Shown: one piece after another, positions 9,127-17,538 of the stretch
Layout of the letters: each line of letters starts with the position of its first letter
Numbering within the stretch: position 1 is the first letter of the stretch
Source of the DNA: an uncultured bacterium
GTDB lineage: Bacteria; Chloroflexota; Anaerolineae; B4-G1
Reading direction: 5' to 3'
Assembly (NCBI GenBank): GCA_965612745.1
Contig: CBFDTD010000005.1
Coordinates: 498 to 64,497 of the forward strand
DNA length: 64,000 bases
Translations under genes and position numbers: made by a program
The notes under the pieces: model-generated
Told to the model about the DNA's origin: nothing
Database searches by the model: none
What the model saw: only the letters and a program-made list of their open reading frames with translations

Positions 9127-10241
9127 TCTGTTATCTCCCATCTGATGAACGGCACGATGCTCTCCTGGACTGACAGCCCACCGTGTACACCACTATCGTT
9201 GCGACGGATCGCCGCGCCCAGGTAGGGCCAATGATACACGTAGAACGTTCGTTCGCCAAACGTGAAACGTGTAGCGTGCTCTGTGCCGGCAGGCAGGTGA
9301 GTGCCATAGCGCGGATGTACCCGGTCGTTGGTCTCCAGCATCTCGAAGGTGTGTTCGGCTTTCCAGAGAATGCCGTGATCGGCAGTAAGGTAGAGGGCTG
9401 CCGGGCGTGGGCCTTCCCGCAACACGTCGAGCAACGCTAACGCGTCGGCGCGGATGGCCTGCACCGCCTGGCGCACTTCCCCAGGCGTGACCTCGCGCCG
9501 GGCGTGGGCCAGTCCGTCCAGCCCTTCACGCACGACTTGAACGTAGGTGCACTCCAGGTTAGCGCTTCGCAGCGCCGCTACTGCCTCCGAGAATCTGGCC
9601 ACGCGGGTCAGCGGCACTCCCTCAAAGAGATACTCAGATACCGCGTTTGTCTCGCGCGACCAGTAGGAGAAGCCACGTGAGTGCAGTAGACCCACTTCGA
9701 TCAGCCGCCGGGCCAGTCGAGGGGCACCGATGATGCCGGGAAAGCCAACCTCCGGCAGGATGCGCCGGCCTTCTCTCTCTTGATAGTAGGTAATGGATGG
9801 ACCATCCACCAGGCAGGGTTGCACAGGCTCAGGCCAGTCGGCCACGTCGGCGTAGCCCAGTCCATCCACCAGCAGCAAGGCAACGGTGCGGTAACAACGT
9901 TGGGCAGCATCGGCCACGATGCGGTCGGCAACGGTGCGGTGGGTGAGCCAGCGGCGGCGGACGTAGTCGAGTCGCCCTGGCAATGCGCGATTGACAACAT
10001 CAAGCGGTGGCGGTGTTGAGGCATCGGCCTGCAAGAAGCGGTCTGCCATGCGGGGCTGTACATCGGTGAGCCAGATGGGACGGACGGCGTGATGGGCCAG
10101 GTCATCCAGTTCCTCCGCCAGTGCAGCAGCGTCGGCCAATACTTCGGTCTCTGGTGGCAGACAGAGAGCCTGCAGGGGATGCAGCGGCCCCATGACAGGC
10201 GCCTGCATCAGCAGGCGGGCAAGTTCGGCGGGATCGGTCAC
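9123..10241 (-). CDS. pglZ: PglZ-like alkaline-phosphatase-superfamily protein
   Basis: LLLVDGLGY, PSIT, YLTADHG and HGGLSVQESIVP match the PglZ core motifs. Confidence 0.8.
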   Translation of the reverse strand: MTDPAELARLLMQAPVMGPLHPLQALCLPPETEVLADAAALAEELDDLAHHAVRPIWLTDVQPRMADRFLQADASTPPPLDVVNRALPGRLDYVRRRWLTHRTVADRIVADAAQRCYRTVALLLVDGLGYADVADWPEPVQPCLVDGPSITYYQEREGRRILPEVGFPGIIGAPRLARRLIEVGLLHSRGFSYWSRETNAVSEYLFEGVPLTRVARFSEAVAALRSANLECTYVQVVREGLDGLAHARREVTPGEVRQAVQAIRADALALLDVLREGPRPAALYLTADHGILWKAEHTFEMLETNDRVHPRYGTHLPAGTEHATRFTFGERTFYVYHWPYLGAAIRRNDSGVHGGLSVQESIVPFIRWEITE

Positions 10242-10247
10242 AGCCTG

Positions 10248-13200
10248 CTACCCTTCGTCGTAGTGCACAGGACGCACCTGAATCTGCACGCGCTGTTTTT
10301 CCCACAGGCCACGTAACGCCGACCAGAGCGTTTCGTTGTCAGTCCTGCGGGCTTCCGCGCGCAGGCTGGTCAGGTCTGTGAAGCCGTCGGCGGGCGAGAT
10401 CCTCTCCAACGCTTTCCAGACCTGCGTCTCCTCCGGGCTGAGGGCCTGTTTGCGGAGAACGGTGGTGATGGCGTCGAGGCCCTGGCGGGTGTTGTCCAGT
10501 TGTTCGTAGAGCACCTTGAGTTCGGCCAGCAATGTGCGAAAGGCGCCGCTATCTTCCCCGGCGGGGAAATCGCGGATGATGTCCAGATCGGCAGCACGCT
10601 CCAGTGCCTGCACCAGTGCATCTCCAACCTGGCTCAACTGCGTTTCGAGTTCGCGTCCCTGCCGCTCGATGTGCCTCCGCTCACGAGGCGGCAAATCGGC
10701 TAATCGGGGGGTATTGAGCAGGTTGCGCACGCCGGAGAGGTGAGTGGATTGCAGCCGCTGCATACGCTCTACCACATCGGCTAAGGCACCGGCAACGAGG
10801 CCATAGAGTTGCTGATAGATGCCCATTGGATCGAGCGTGCTGTATATGAGCGGTTCCCATAGCCGGTCGCGGGGATAGCCGATGATGCGCACCAGTTCGT
10901 TCCGGTAGCGGTCTTGCAGGTCATTGAACGCCTCCACTGCTTGACCGCGAAGGCGTCGGGCCTGCCCCCGCAGTTCATTGAGCCGTGAGGCATAGGTGGT
11001 TACGTTGGACAGGGCATCGAGGGCATGGGCGCTGATGTCTCCCCGAATGTCCCGGCTCAATCTGTCGAAAGCGTCCAAAAGATCCTGGGCCGGATCGCCC
11101 AGGACTTGCAGATCATCGAAAAGACGTGCACCATCCTCGACCAGGCGGCACCAGTCGGTGAACTGGCGGTACTGCTCGGCCAACGTCTCGCCCGACTTGT
11201 AGATGGCAACAGCGTCTTTATCCAGGTCACGCAGCGCAGCAGCCTGTTTAGCCAGTTCCGACAGAGGCAACTCCTCATCCGCCAGCGTGCGCTCGACAGC
11301 CTCCAGTCTCCGGCGCAGATCATCTACCCGATTGCCAAAGCGCGTATAGGCGCGCAGCAAACGGACGCGCAGGTTATTGACCTGATCGGCGTATTTGACA
11401 CCGGTCACCTGGGTCTCCAGCGTGCTGCGGCGGTGCACGTCCAGACCTGGTAGACGGCCGAGCAGGTTGGTGGCCTTCTGGCGCAACTCGGCCCGACGGC
11501 TCTCCGCGGTTGCCCTGACGTCGCGCAGGCGGGTGGCGACGGTGCGACGCAGACTGACGATGGTCGCTTCCTCCGCTGTGGTGCGCAATTCTTCGACTTT
11601 GGCAACGTACTTTTCTGTCTCCTCAGCCAGCCGCCGGAACTCTTTGGCCTGAGGGAAAGCGGCTTGCAAGTAACTGATGCTGGATTGCAGTTCAGCGACT
11701 GCGTCGGCCACCTCGTCAATGGAGGGCACCTGGCGCAGTGCCTCGCGCAGGTTGCCGCGCCGGTCGCGCTCGATGAGGCCGCGGGCTTCCATCACGTCGA
11801 GCAGGGCGTCCACCTCTTCTTCTTTGTAGCCCAGTTCGGTCGCCTGGGCGTAGACCCGACCGATGGGCAGCCGGTGCAGGGTATATGTCTTGCCTGCACT
11901 CTTCACCTTTGTCGTATCGGGGCTGGCCTGAAGCCAGGCGCGGATCTGGGCCTCCAGAGGGTGAAGCCGAAAGCGCACAGCCCCGGTTGCGCCCTGTTTA
12001 GCCTGACGGCGGGTGGGGAAATCGCGCACCGGCTCGATAAGGTCGGGGAAATTGGCCATGAAACTGTCGAGGCCGGTGTGTGTCAGCGTAAAGAGATCGG
12101 CAATGTCCTCTTTCAGACCCTCGACGTTCATCTGCCCCTGTTTTTCGGGCCACGAGGGCAGGCGGTGCAGTGCGTTGATGTATTTCTGAATGGAACTCTG
12201 CCAGTTGCCGACGGCAATGAGCGTGTGATAGTCATCCCCGTAGCGCGCCTCAAGCAGTTGACCGATCACGACCTCCACCAGGCGCGCCCCTGCAGCGTCG
12301 AAGGCTGCGCCGACCTCGGGCCGTAGCAACTCCATCAGCGCGTTGTCGAGCAAAGCGGGCTGAAACTGATACTGGACGAGTTGGTCGTCGGCTTTGGGGA
12401 TCTGACGGGCACGCCGCTTTTCGTTGATCACCTCGTGCAACGTCAGGAGCAGGAGGGGTGTGAGTTTGAATGGGGAAACGATCTTGCCGATGGCTGTGTC
12501 CAACTCGCGACTGACGCCGACGGTACGGCCCATCAGGTTGAGGGTGAAACGGGCAGTGTGGGCTTCGAGGTCAAGTTCGACCGGCTCGACGTGATGGCGG
12601 CGGGTCTCCTCGTCCCAGTCCAGGTAACGGCGCAAGCGGAACTCGAGAACGATCTCACCCAAGGGGTTGGCGTCCTTGACCGGCTCGTCTTCCACCAGCA
12701 CGCGCACGTGGACCCTGCGCTGAGGGAAGCGGCGGGCTGCGCTGGGAAATGCCCCTTCCAGCACCAGCCCGGCGTTCTGAGTCATTCGCGACCGGAGCCG
12801 TTCCACCACCTTCCACTGGCCCGGTCGGAAGACGTGGCCGGTGAGCAGGTCGAGGAAGCCTTCAACAGCACGTTGGGTGGTCTTTTCGGCGCTTTCGTAG
12901 TAGGTGCGGCTGAACTCGCGCACGGTGAGCGTGAGCCAGTCGGTCTTGACCTCACCTCGCTCCAGTCCCAGCAAGGTGAAACCCGGATTGCGCACGCTGC
13001 CGACACGGATGACCAAATCGCCCGCTCCACTCTGGAACAGGTCGTCGAAGATGGGCCGCAGGTCTACACCAAGGCATCTTCTCTGAATCTCTCTGGTAGC
13101 CCCCTCCTCGGGGAAGGCGGCCGCCAGTTTGACGGCTATCTCGCGGTCGGGATGGCCGTGCACCAGAGTATGGCCCAGGGCGCGGGTGGTGACCTCTTGC

Positions 13201-14315
13201 ACCCGTTTGACGCCGTCGAAGCGGATAGCCCCGCTCAAGAAGTCGTCTACCAGGTCCACAGGCGAATAGGGGCCGGCGTCGGGCTGCTCTAAATAGCGGC
13301 GGGCAATGCGGCGGAAAGCGTTGACGACGGTGCGCGGGCCGTTGGAGAGGTCCTTGCGAACGCTGATCTGACCCAGGGCGGCCAGCGTTTCTGGACGTAC
13401 CATAGCCTCCGTGTGCTCTGCAAACAGGAACTCTTTCGCCAGCCGATCCCACAACCGCGCCGGGAAGGACTGATCGTAGATGGCGTCAAGGTCAAGCGCC
13501 AGCCCGCGCATACGATCCACGAAGTCTCCGCGCTGGTCAATGATGACGGAAAGCTCTTTACGCGGGATGACGAGGATAAGACCAAAGGCCAGGTGGTTGC
13601 GGCGGGTAGCCAGTCCCTGGATGATGTTGAACAGAGGCGCGACAGGGTCTTTGGCGCCAGACTTGACCTCCGGCTCGATGTATTGCTGAATCTCGTCGGC
13701 CAGGACGAGCAGTCCCTCAAAGCCGGCCTGGTGGGCCAATGCCGTCATCTGCTCGAAGAAGTGAATGTAGTCGGGGGCGGTAAGGTCGAGCGTGAGGCGC
13801 CCGTCACGCAACCACCGGCGCAGGGTGTTGAGAGCGGCGCCGCTCTCGTCGGCCATCTGCTGTAGGCTGCGTTCGGCAAAGGTGACGTAGACCGCCTCGG
13901 CCTGGTCGCACAGGCTGGGTCTGGAACGGGAGAGAACGTACTTCATCCAGCCGTAGGTAGCGACGATGAGGCTGGGCAGACGGGTGAGTTGGAAAGGGGG
14001 CACGGCCACCAGGTTGGCCTGTTGAGCCTGATCCCAGAGATAGAGGGCCGTGCTGGTCTTGCCGTAGCCGAAATCGGCGGTGAGATAGCCACGCGGGGCC
14101 AGATTGTCCTTGATCTGGCGGATGAGGCGACGGGAGAATTCTTCGACGCTGAGGCGGCTTTCACCCCGGCCGGCGTGTAGGGGCACATAGGTGCGCACGT
14201 GGGCCTTGTAGGCATCGTCTACCTCACGGGGGCGCTCCAGGAGCGCTTCCGCCGTCTGGGTGGCGACGACCTCTTCTTTGGTTAGTACAACATTCAGACA
14301 TTCCAGGCTGGACAT
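10248..14315 (-). CDS. Large P-loop ATPase with long coiled-coil C-terminus (BrxC/PglY-like)
   Basis: Walker A ADFGYGKTS; Walker B LVLADEIQQY; GPR motif; helical C-terminal half; directly upstream of the PglZ-like gene; RBS GAGAGGG before ATG 14315. Confidence 0.7.
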   Translation of the reverse strand: MSSLECLNVVLTKEEVVATQTAEALLERPREVDDAYKAHVRTYVPLHAGRGESRLSVEEFSRRLIRQIKDNLAPRGYLTADFGYGKTSTALYLWDQAQQANLVAVPPFQLTRLPSLIVATYGWMKYVLSRSRPSLCDQAEAVYVTFAERSLQQMADESGAALNTLRRWLRDGRLTLDLTAPDYIHFFEQMTALAHQAGFEGLLVLADEIQQYIEPEVKSGAKDPVAPLFNIIQGLATRRNHLAFGLILVIPRKELSVIIDQRGDFVDRMRGLALDLDAIYDQSFPARLWDRLAKEFLFAEHTEAMVRPETLAALGQISVRKDLSNGPRTVVNAFRRIARRYLEQPDAGPYSPVDLVDDFLSGAIRFDGVKRVQEVTTRALGHTLVHGHPDREIAVKLAAAFPEEGATREIQRRCLGVDLRPIFDDLFQSGAGDLVIRVGSVRNPGFTLLGLERGEVKTDWLTLTVREFSRTYYESAEKTTQRAVEGFLDLLTGHVFRPGQWKVVERLRSRMTQNAGLVLEGAFPSAARRFPQRRVHVRVLVEDEPVKDANPLGEIVLEFRLRRYLDWDEETRRHHVEPVELDLEAHTARFTLNLMGRTVGVSRELDTAIGKIVSPFKLTPLLLLTLHEVINEKRRARQIPKADDQLVQYQFQPALLDNALMELLRPEVGAAFDAAGARLVEVVIGQLLEARYGDDYHTLIAVGNWQSSIQKYINALHRLPSWPEKQGQMNVEGLKEDIADLFTLTHTGLDSFMANFPDLIEPVRDFPTRRQAKQGATGAVRFRLHPLEAQIRAWLQASPDTTKVKSAGKTYTLHRLPIGRVYAQATELGYKEEEVDALLDVMEARGLIERDRRGNLREALRQVPSIDEVADAVAELQSSISYLQAAFPQAKEFRRLAEETEKYVAKVEELRTTAEEATIVSLRRTVATRLRDVRATAESRRAELRQKATNLLGRLPGLDVHRRSTLETQVTGVKYADQVNNLRVRLLRAYTRFGNRVDDLRRRLEAVERTLADEELPLSELAKQAAALRDLDKDAVAIYKSGETLAEQYRQFTDWCRLVEDGARLFDDLQVLGDPAQDLLDAFDRLSRDIRGDISAHALDALSNVTTYASRLNELRGQARRLRGQAVEAFNDLQDRYRNELVRIIGYPRDRLWEPLIYSTLDPMGIYQQLYGLVAGALADVVERMQRLQSTHLSGVRNLLNTPRLADLPPRERRHIERQGRELETQLSQVGDALVQALERAADLDIIRDFPAGEDSGAFRTLLAELKVLYEQLDNTRQGLDAITTVLRKQALSPEETQVWKALERISPADGFTDLTSLRAEARRTDNETLWSALRGLWEKQRVQIQVRPVHYDEG

Positions 14316-14332
14316 ATTCCCTCTCCACTGTT

Positions 14333-14734
14333 TCAGCACTGCGCCAACTGTTCCTCTACCCAGGACAGCACATCACCTGCTACCTCCAGGGCGGAACGTG
14401 CCTCTTCCTGAGTAACGGGTTCCCAGTCACCTGGATAGCGTGTCTGCACTGCATACTGGGTAAGGATCAAAGCTTCATCCACATTAGCCGGTATCGCCAT
14501 CCCAGATGCCCGAAGTATGTCGAGAAGTGTTTCCAATATATGGGTACGTGGAAACGGTATGCCTCGTCCCAACATCAGCGCTTTCAGAGCCTTCTCCGCA
14601 CACTGTTGGGCATGAAAACAGACGTCTTCCAACAGCACATTGGGCGATCTCACTCCTGCGAACGCCAGAGCCAGGTCGGAGTGGGCTCTCTTCAGCCACG
14701 CTTGGGGAGAATCAGGAGGCGGACGTTCGTTCAT
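14333..14734 (-). CDS. HEPN domain protein (MNT-HEPN pair)
   Basis: WLKRAHSDL, CFHAQQCAEKALKA, PRTH, TRYP. Confidence 0.9.
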   Translation of the reverse strand: MNERPPPDSPQAWLKRAHSDLALAFAGVRSPNVLLEDVCFHAQQCAEKALKALMLGRGIPFPRTHILETLLDILRASGMAIPANVDEALILTQYAVQTRYPGDWEPVTQEEARSALEVAGDVLSWVEEQLAQC

Positions 14735-15050
14735 ATAGCACCTTTCCCTCTCTCAGCGCCGATTCGTAAATCAAACTGGTGGTATGCTGATACCGTCTGA
14801 TCTGTTCTGGCGTGGCAACAATGACGTCTATCGGTACCAACAGCCCTCGCAGGGCACGGCGGATGTATGTGCTCTCTCGTCGTGGATGGGTGATGCCCTT
14901 GATGATGACGAGCAGATCCAGGTCGCTGGCGGGACCGGCGTTGCCCCGCGCGTATGAGCCGAACAGGATGATCTGCTCCGGTTTCGTGATCGTCAATATA
15001 CGGCGCGTGATCTCGTCCAGCAGTCCCTGTATCTCGTCTGCATCTGGCAT
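14712..15050 (-). CDS. Minimal nucleotidyltransferase (MNT)
   Basis: IILFGSYARG..SDLDLLV (GSx10DxD); IDVIV; EGKVLY; RBS GGGGAG before ATG 15050. Confidence 0.9.
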   Translation of the reverse strand: MPDADEIQGLLDEITRRILTITKPEQIILFGSYARGNAGPASDLDLLVIIKGITHPRRESTYIRRALRGLLVPIDVIVATPEQIRRYQHTTSLIYESALREGKVLYERTSAS

Positions 15051-15072
15051 ATCTCCCCCTTTCAGTATTCGC

Positions 15073-15576
15073 TTATAACACAGCACGGATCGCATCCCAC
15101 AGGCTACCTTCACGCACGGGGGGCAGGGCATAGTACTCGAGCAGGCTCAGGTTGTGGTAGACGACGTCAAAGTCGTGCGGTGTGGGAGCGGGCAAGGCTA
15201 TCGCTTGGAAGCCCATTTCGTTATGCCGATGGGTGATGAAAAGCAGAGTATGCGTACCCTTACGTTGAGCCACAGCCAACAGACTCCGTACAGTGCGCTC
15301 GCGGGCACCGGCGTTGTCCACGATGGCCCGGGGCGTTGGACGTTCACTGCGCCTGTCGAAGGCTGCCGGGCCGGGGAAGTAGGGCATCGCCAGCGACCGG
15401 CTGAGTGTCCAGGCTAGGAACGTCTTGCCGCTGCCAACCGGGCCGTACAGATTCACCGTCTCCGGGAAACGCAGCGCGTCACGTATGGCGTCGAAGGCAG
15501 CCCTTTGGCCATCGGTCAGCCAGTTGGGCTTGGCCTGGGTCTTGAGTTGGTTCAGCAAGACCAGCATCCTGCTCAT
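15073..15576 (-). CDS. Small P-loop NTPase
   Basis: VNLYGPVGSGKTFLAW Walker A; AIVDNA Walker B-like. Confidence 0.75.
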   Translation of the reverse strand: MSRMLVLLNQLKTQAKPNWLTDGQRAAFDAIRDALRFPETVNLYGPVGSGKTFLAWTLSRSLAMPYFPGPAAFDRRSERPTPRAIVDNAGARERTVRSLLAVAQRKGTHTLLFITHRHNEMGFQAIALPAPTPHDFDVVYHNLSLLEYYALPPVREGSLWDAIRAVL

Positions 15577-15644
15577 CGGTGCACATTGGGATACCGCAAC
15601 AAGTTAGTCAGTTTCCCCCCGTCCCAGTCCCATGGCAATCTCAC
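15573..15644 (-). pseudogene. N-terminal remnant of a HicA-like toxin
   Basis: GTG start overlaps the preceding stop; VRLPWDWDGGKLTNLLR resembles a HicA N-terminus; stops after 23 codons. Confidence 0.45.
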
Positions 15645-15854
15645 GCCGGTACGGCCTCTTCCCGAATGACGTGCGACCAAGCTATCGCCGGCCGATCATC
15701 CCATCGAAATGGCATCACACAGCATCCTGAACGCCCAGTTTCAATTCATCTCAGTGTCTGCTTTGGTGAAGATCGAGTGCCCCAGTGCCCTGGCCGTGTA
15801 CCCGCCTTCTGGGTCTGGCTCTACAACCAAGATAATCTCACTTACCGTACTCAT
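15641..15854 (-). pseudogene. Decayed HicB-like antitoxin
   Basis: MSTVSEIILVVEPDPEGGYTARALGHSIFTKADT / DELKLGVQDAV*CHFD / DDRPAIAWSHVIREEAVPA: two frameshifts and one internal TGA; not in the ORF track. Confidence 0.7.
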
Positions 15855-16150
15855 CCCGTTTTCCGGCCCTCCAGCGGCACGATCCGCACCTCCAGCCGTG
15901 CCCCTAGTGCCTCCACCACCCGTCGCAGGAAAGAGAGTTTGGGCTCAACCTTTCCGCTTTCCAGCCGGGCAATACTGGGTTGCTTGGTGCCTACCAGTGC
16001 GGCCAACTGCTCCTGTGTCAGTCCGCGCATAATGCGTAGCCGCGCCACCTGGTAGGCCGGTTCCAATTCCTCGGCAGCGGCCCGAAACTCCGGGTCTCTC
16101 ATTTGCTCGGCTTCCCAGTCCTCAAACCGAACGTTGCTACTTGTGCTCAT
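15851..16150 (-). CDS. higA: Xre/HTH_3 antitoxin (HigA-like)
   Basis: DPEFRAAAEEL..RIMRGLTQEQLAALVGTKQPSIARLESG; ATG 16150 overlaps the toxin stop. Confidence 0.85.
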   Translation of the reverse strand: MSTSSNVRFEDWEAEQMRDPEFRAAAEELEPAYQVARLRIMRGLTQEQLAALVGTKQPSIARLESGKVEPKLSFLRRVVEALGARLEVRIVPLEGRKTG

Positions 16151-16503
16151 TTCTCTCCCTCCAGAAACTCGGCCATCCGCCGCTCGGCGGTGGCGATCTC
16201 CCGTCTCGGCGTCTTGCGTCCCTTCTTGCGGAATCCGTGCAGGATGATGAAACGTCGCCTTGTGTGGGCGAAGTAGAACAGCCGTATTGCCCCAGGTCGC
16301 AACTCCCATAGGCTACGGTGTCCTGACACAGGCCGGGCGTAGGGCATTCCCAACAGTATCCCAAACTCGCGCAGTAGGCGCAGGTAGTTGCGCACCTTTG
16401 CCCGTTCCTGCGCCGGCAGCGCGTTGATAAACTCGACTACCGCGCTTCTGCCTCGTGCATCGGTGTAGAATTCGACTACCCACTTGTATTGCTGTGTGTC
16501 CAT
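16147..16503 (-). CDS. higB: RelE/ParE-superfamily toxin (HigB/Gp49-like)
   Basis: WVVEFY..LGMPYARP..LWELR..IILHGFRKK..KTP.REI; toxin-first gene order. Confidence 0.85.
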   Translation of the reverse strand: MDTQQYKWVVEFYTDARGRSAVVEFINALPAQERAKVRNYLRLLREFGILLGMPYARPVSGHRSLWELRPGAIRLFYFAHTRRRFIILHGFRKKGRKTPRREIATAERRMAEFLEGEK

Positions 16504-16516
16504 CGTTGCGCTCTTA

Positions 16517-16544
16517 ATTATAACTCTGTCGTTATAAAGGTCAA
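16517..16544 (-). promoter_or_regulatory. higBA promoter with overlapping palindromic operator
   Basis: Minus strand TTGACC-16 bp-TATAAT; perfect inverted repeat TTATAAC-N6-GTTATAA at 16518-16537. Confidence 0.75.
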
Positions 16545-16566
16545 GCTCCTCCAGCCGAAGACCGAG

Positions 16567-16620
16567 GCCCAGCAACTGAAGTTGCGGGCTACATTTGCAA
16601 AGCCCGCCCTCCGGCGGGCT
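16567..16620. repeat. REP-like palindromic element
   Basis: Minus strand GTAG-CCCGCAACTTCAGTTGCTGGGC hairpin plus a second hairpin AGCCCGCC-ctcc-GGCGGGCT (16601-16620). Confidence 0.5.
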
Positions 16621-16725
16621 GGCAGTCGCCGCAGGGTGGTTTAGCAACTGGCCGTCGGTCAGCCAGTTGGGCTTGGCCTGGGTCTTGAGTTGGTTCAGCA
16701 AGACCAGCATTCTGCTCATCGAGCA

Positions 16726-17538
16726 TTACGTCCCCAGGTCGCTCAACTCTGGCATCTTGCGCAACCGCACGAAGCGACCGTAAGCGCCGGTGCGCGTGCC
16801 GGGTTCGACGACTTCAGGGTATAGGGGCAGCACCCAGTCCAGCGCACGGTCAAGGGCAGTCGGCTCCAGCAGACAGACGCGGCAGAGCATCTCGCGTCGC
16901 TCGGGGGTGAGCAGCAGATCAATGCCGATCTCGGCCCCGGTTTGCCGGGCAACGTAGCCCAACGCCAGCAGCAGCAACTCCGGTGGGCAGAAGTAGCGGC
17001 GAGTGAAGGTATCCCCTTCGATGACGGGGGGACGGAGCGGACGCAACCAATGCAGCACTCCGTTTAGGCTGTCTGTACTGAGCGATACAGCCCCCTTTTT
17101 TGTCGCCGAGGCTAATGCATGGCCAAAATGCGGCGACTCACGAATCGCGCCCAGCAAGTGAGTGACCGTGGCTTCGAGCCACTGATGGGCCAGTTTACAT
17201 TCTCCCTGTGCGACCAGCCAATCGCAGAGTGTTCGGTATGTCCATAAAAAAGTGTGCTCCAACGGAGCGTCCTCGCTCCAGCGACTGTAGTGCAGGTAGT
17301 GCATAAGATCAGGCAACAGTTGGGGCTTGGTATCGGCAACACGCAAGAGATCGTCCGCCAATGGTGTCAATTCAAGCTCAGAGACTGTGCCTGTGACCAA
17401 TCCGAGGGCACGGAGCCGGCCTACCTGCCGCTCGGATTGTATCACGTAGTCAAAACTCTGTCCTCTGGCAATGGCTTGAAGCACCTCTGTGGTGCGCTCC
17501 GGCGTCACCTCATGTCGCACATGAAAATTCAGCGTCAT
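16726..17538 (-). CDS. Hypothetical protein resembling DUF4007/SspB/BrxA-like winged-helix proteins
   Basis: FHVRHE..RLRALGLV..LTPLADDL..LMHYL pattern recalls DUF4007; ATG overlaps the TGT-like stop; family call is tentative. Confidence 0.5.
   Translation of the reverse strand: MTLNFHVRHEVTPERTTEVLQAIARGQSFDYVIQSERQVGRLRALGLVTGTVSELELTPLADDLLRVADTKPQLLPDLMHYLHYSRWSEDAPLEHTFLWTYRTLCDWLVAQGECKLAHQWLEATVTHLLGAIRESPHFGHALASATKKGAVSLSTDSLNGVLHWLRPLRPPVIEGDTFTRRYFCPPELLLLALGYVARQTGAEIGIDLLLTPERREMLCRVCLLEPTALDRALDWVLPLYPEVVEPGTRTGAYGRFVRLRKMPELSDLGT

Larger units (their letters stand above)
15506..16721. repeat. 73-bp direct repeat (15506-15578 and 16649-16721) flanking the TA cassette
   Basis: Both copies encode MSRMLVLLNQLKTQAKPNWLTDGQ on the minus strand; 2 mismatches. 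Confidence 0.92.

Noticed and set aside
16147-16719. 190-aa toxin as the primary product
   Set aside because: The N-terminal part is a duplicated ATPase start plus REP and promoter sequence. higB has its own promoter and ATG at 16503
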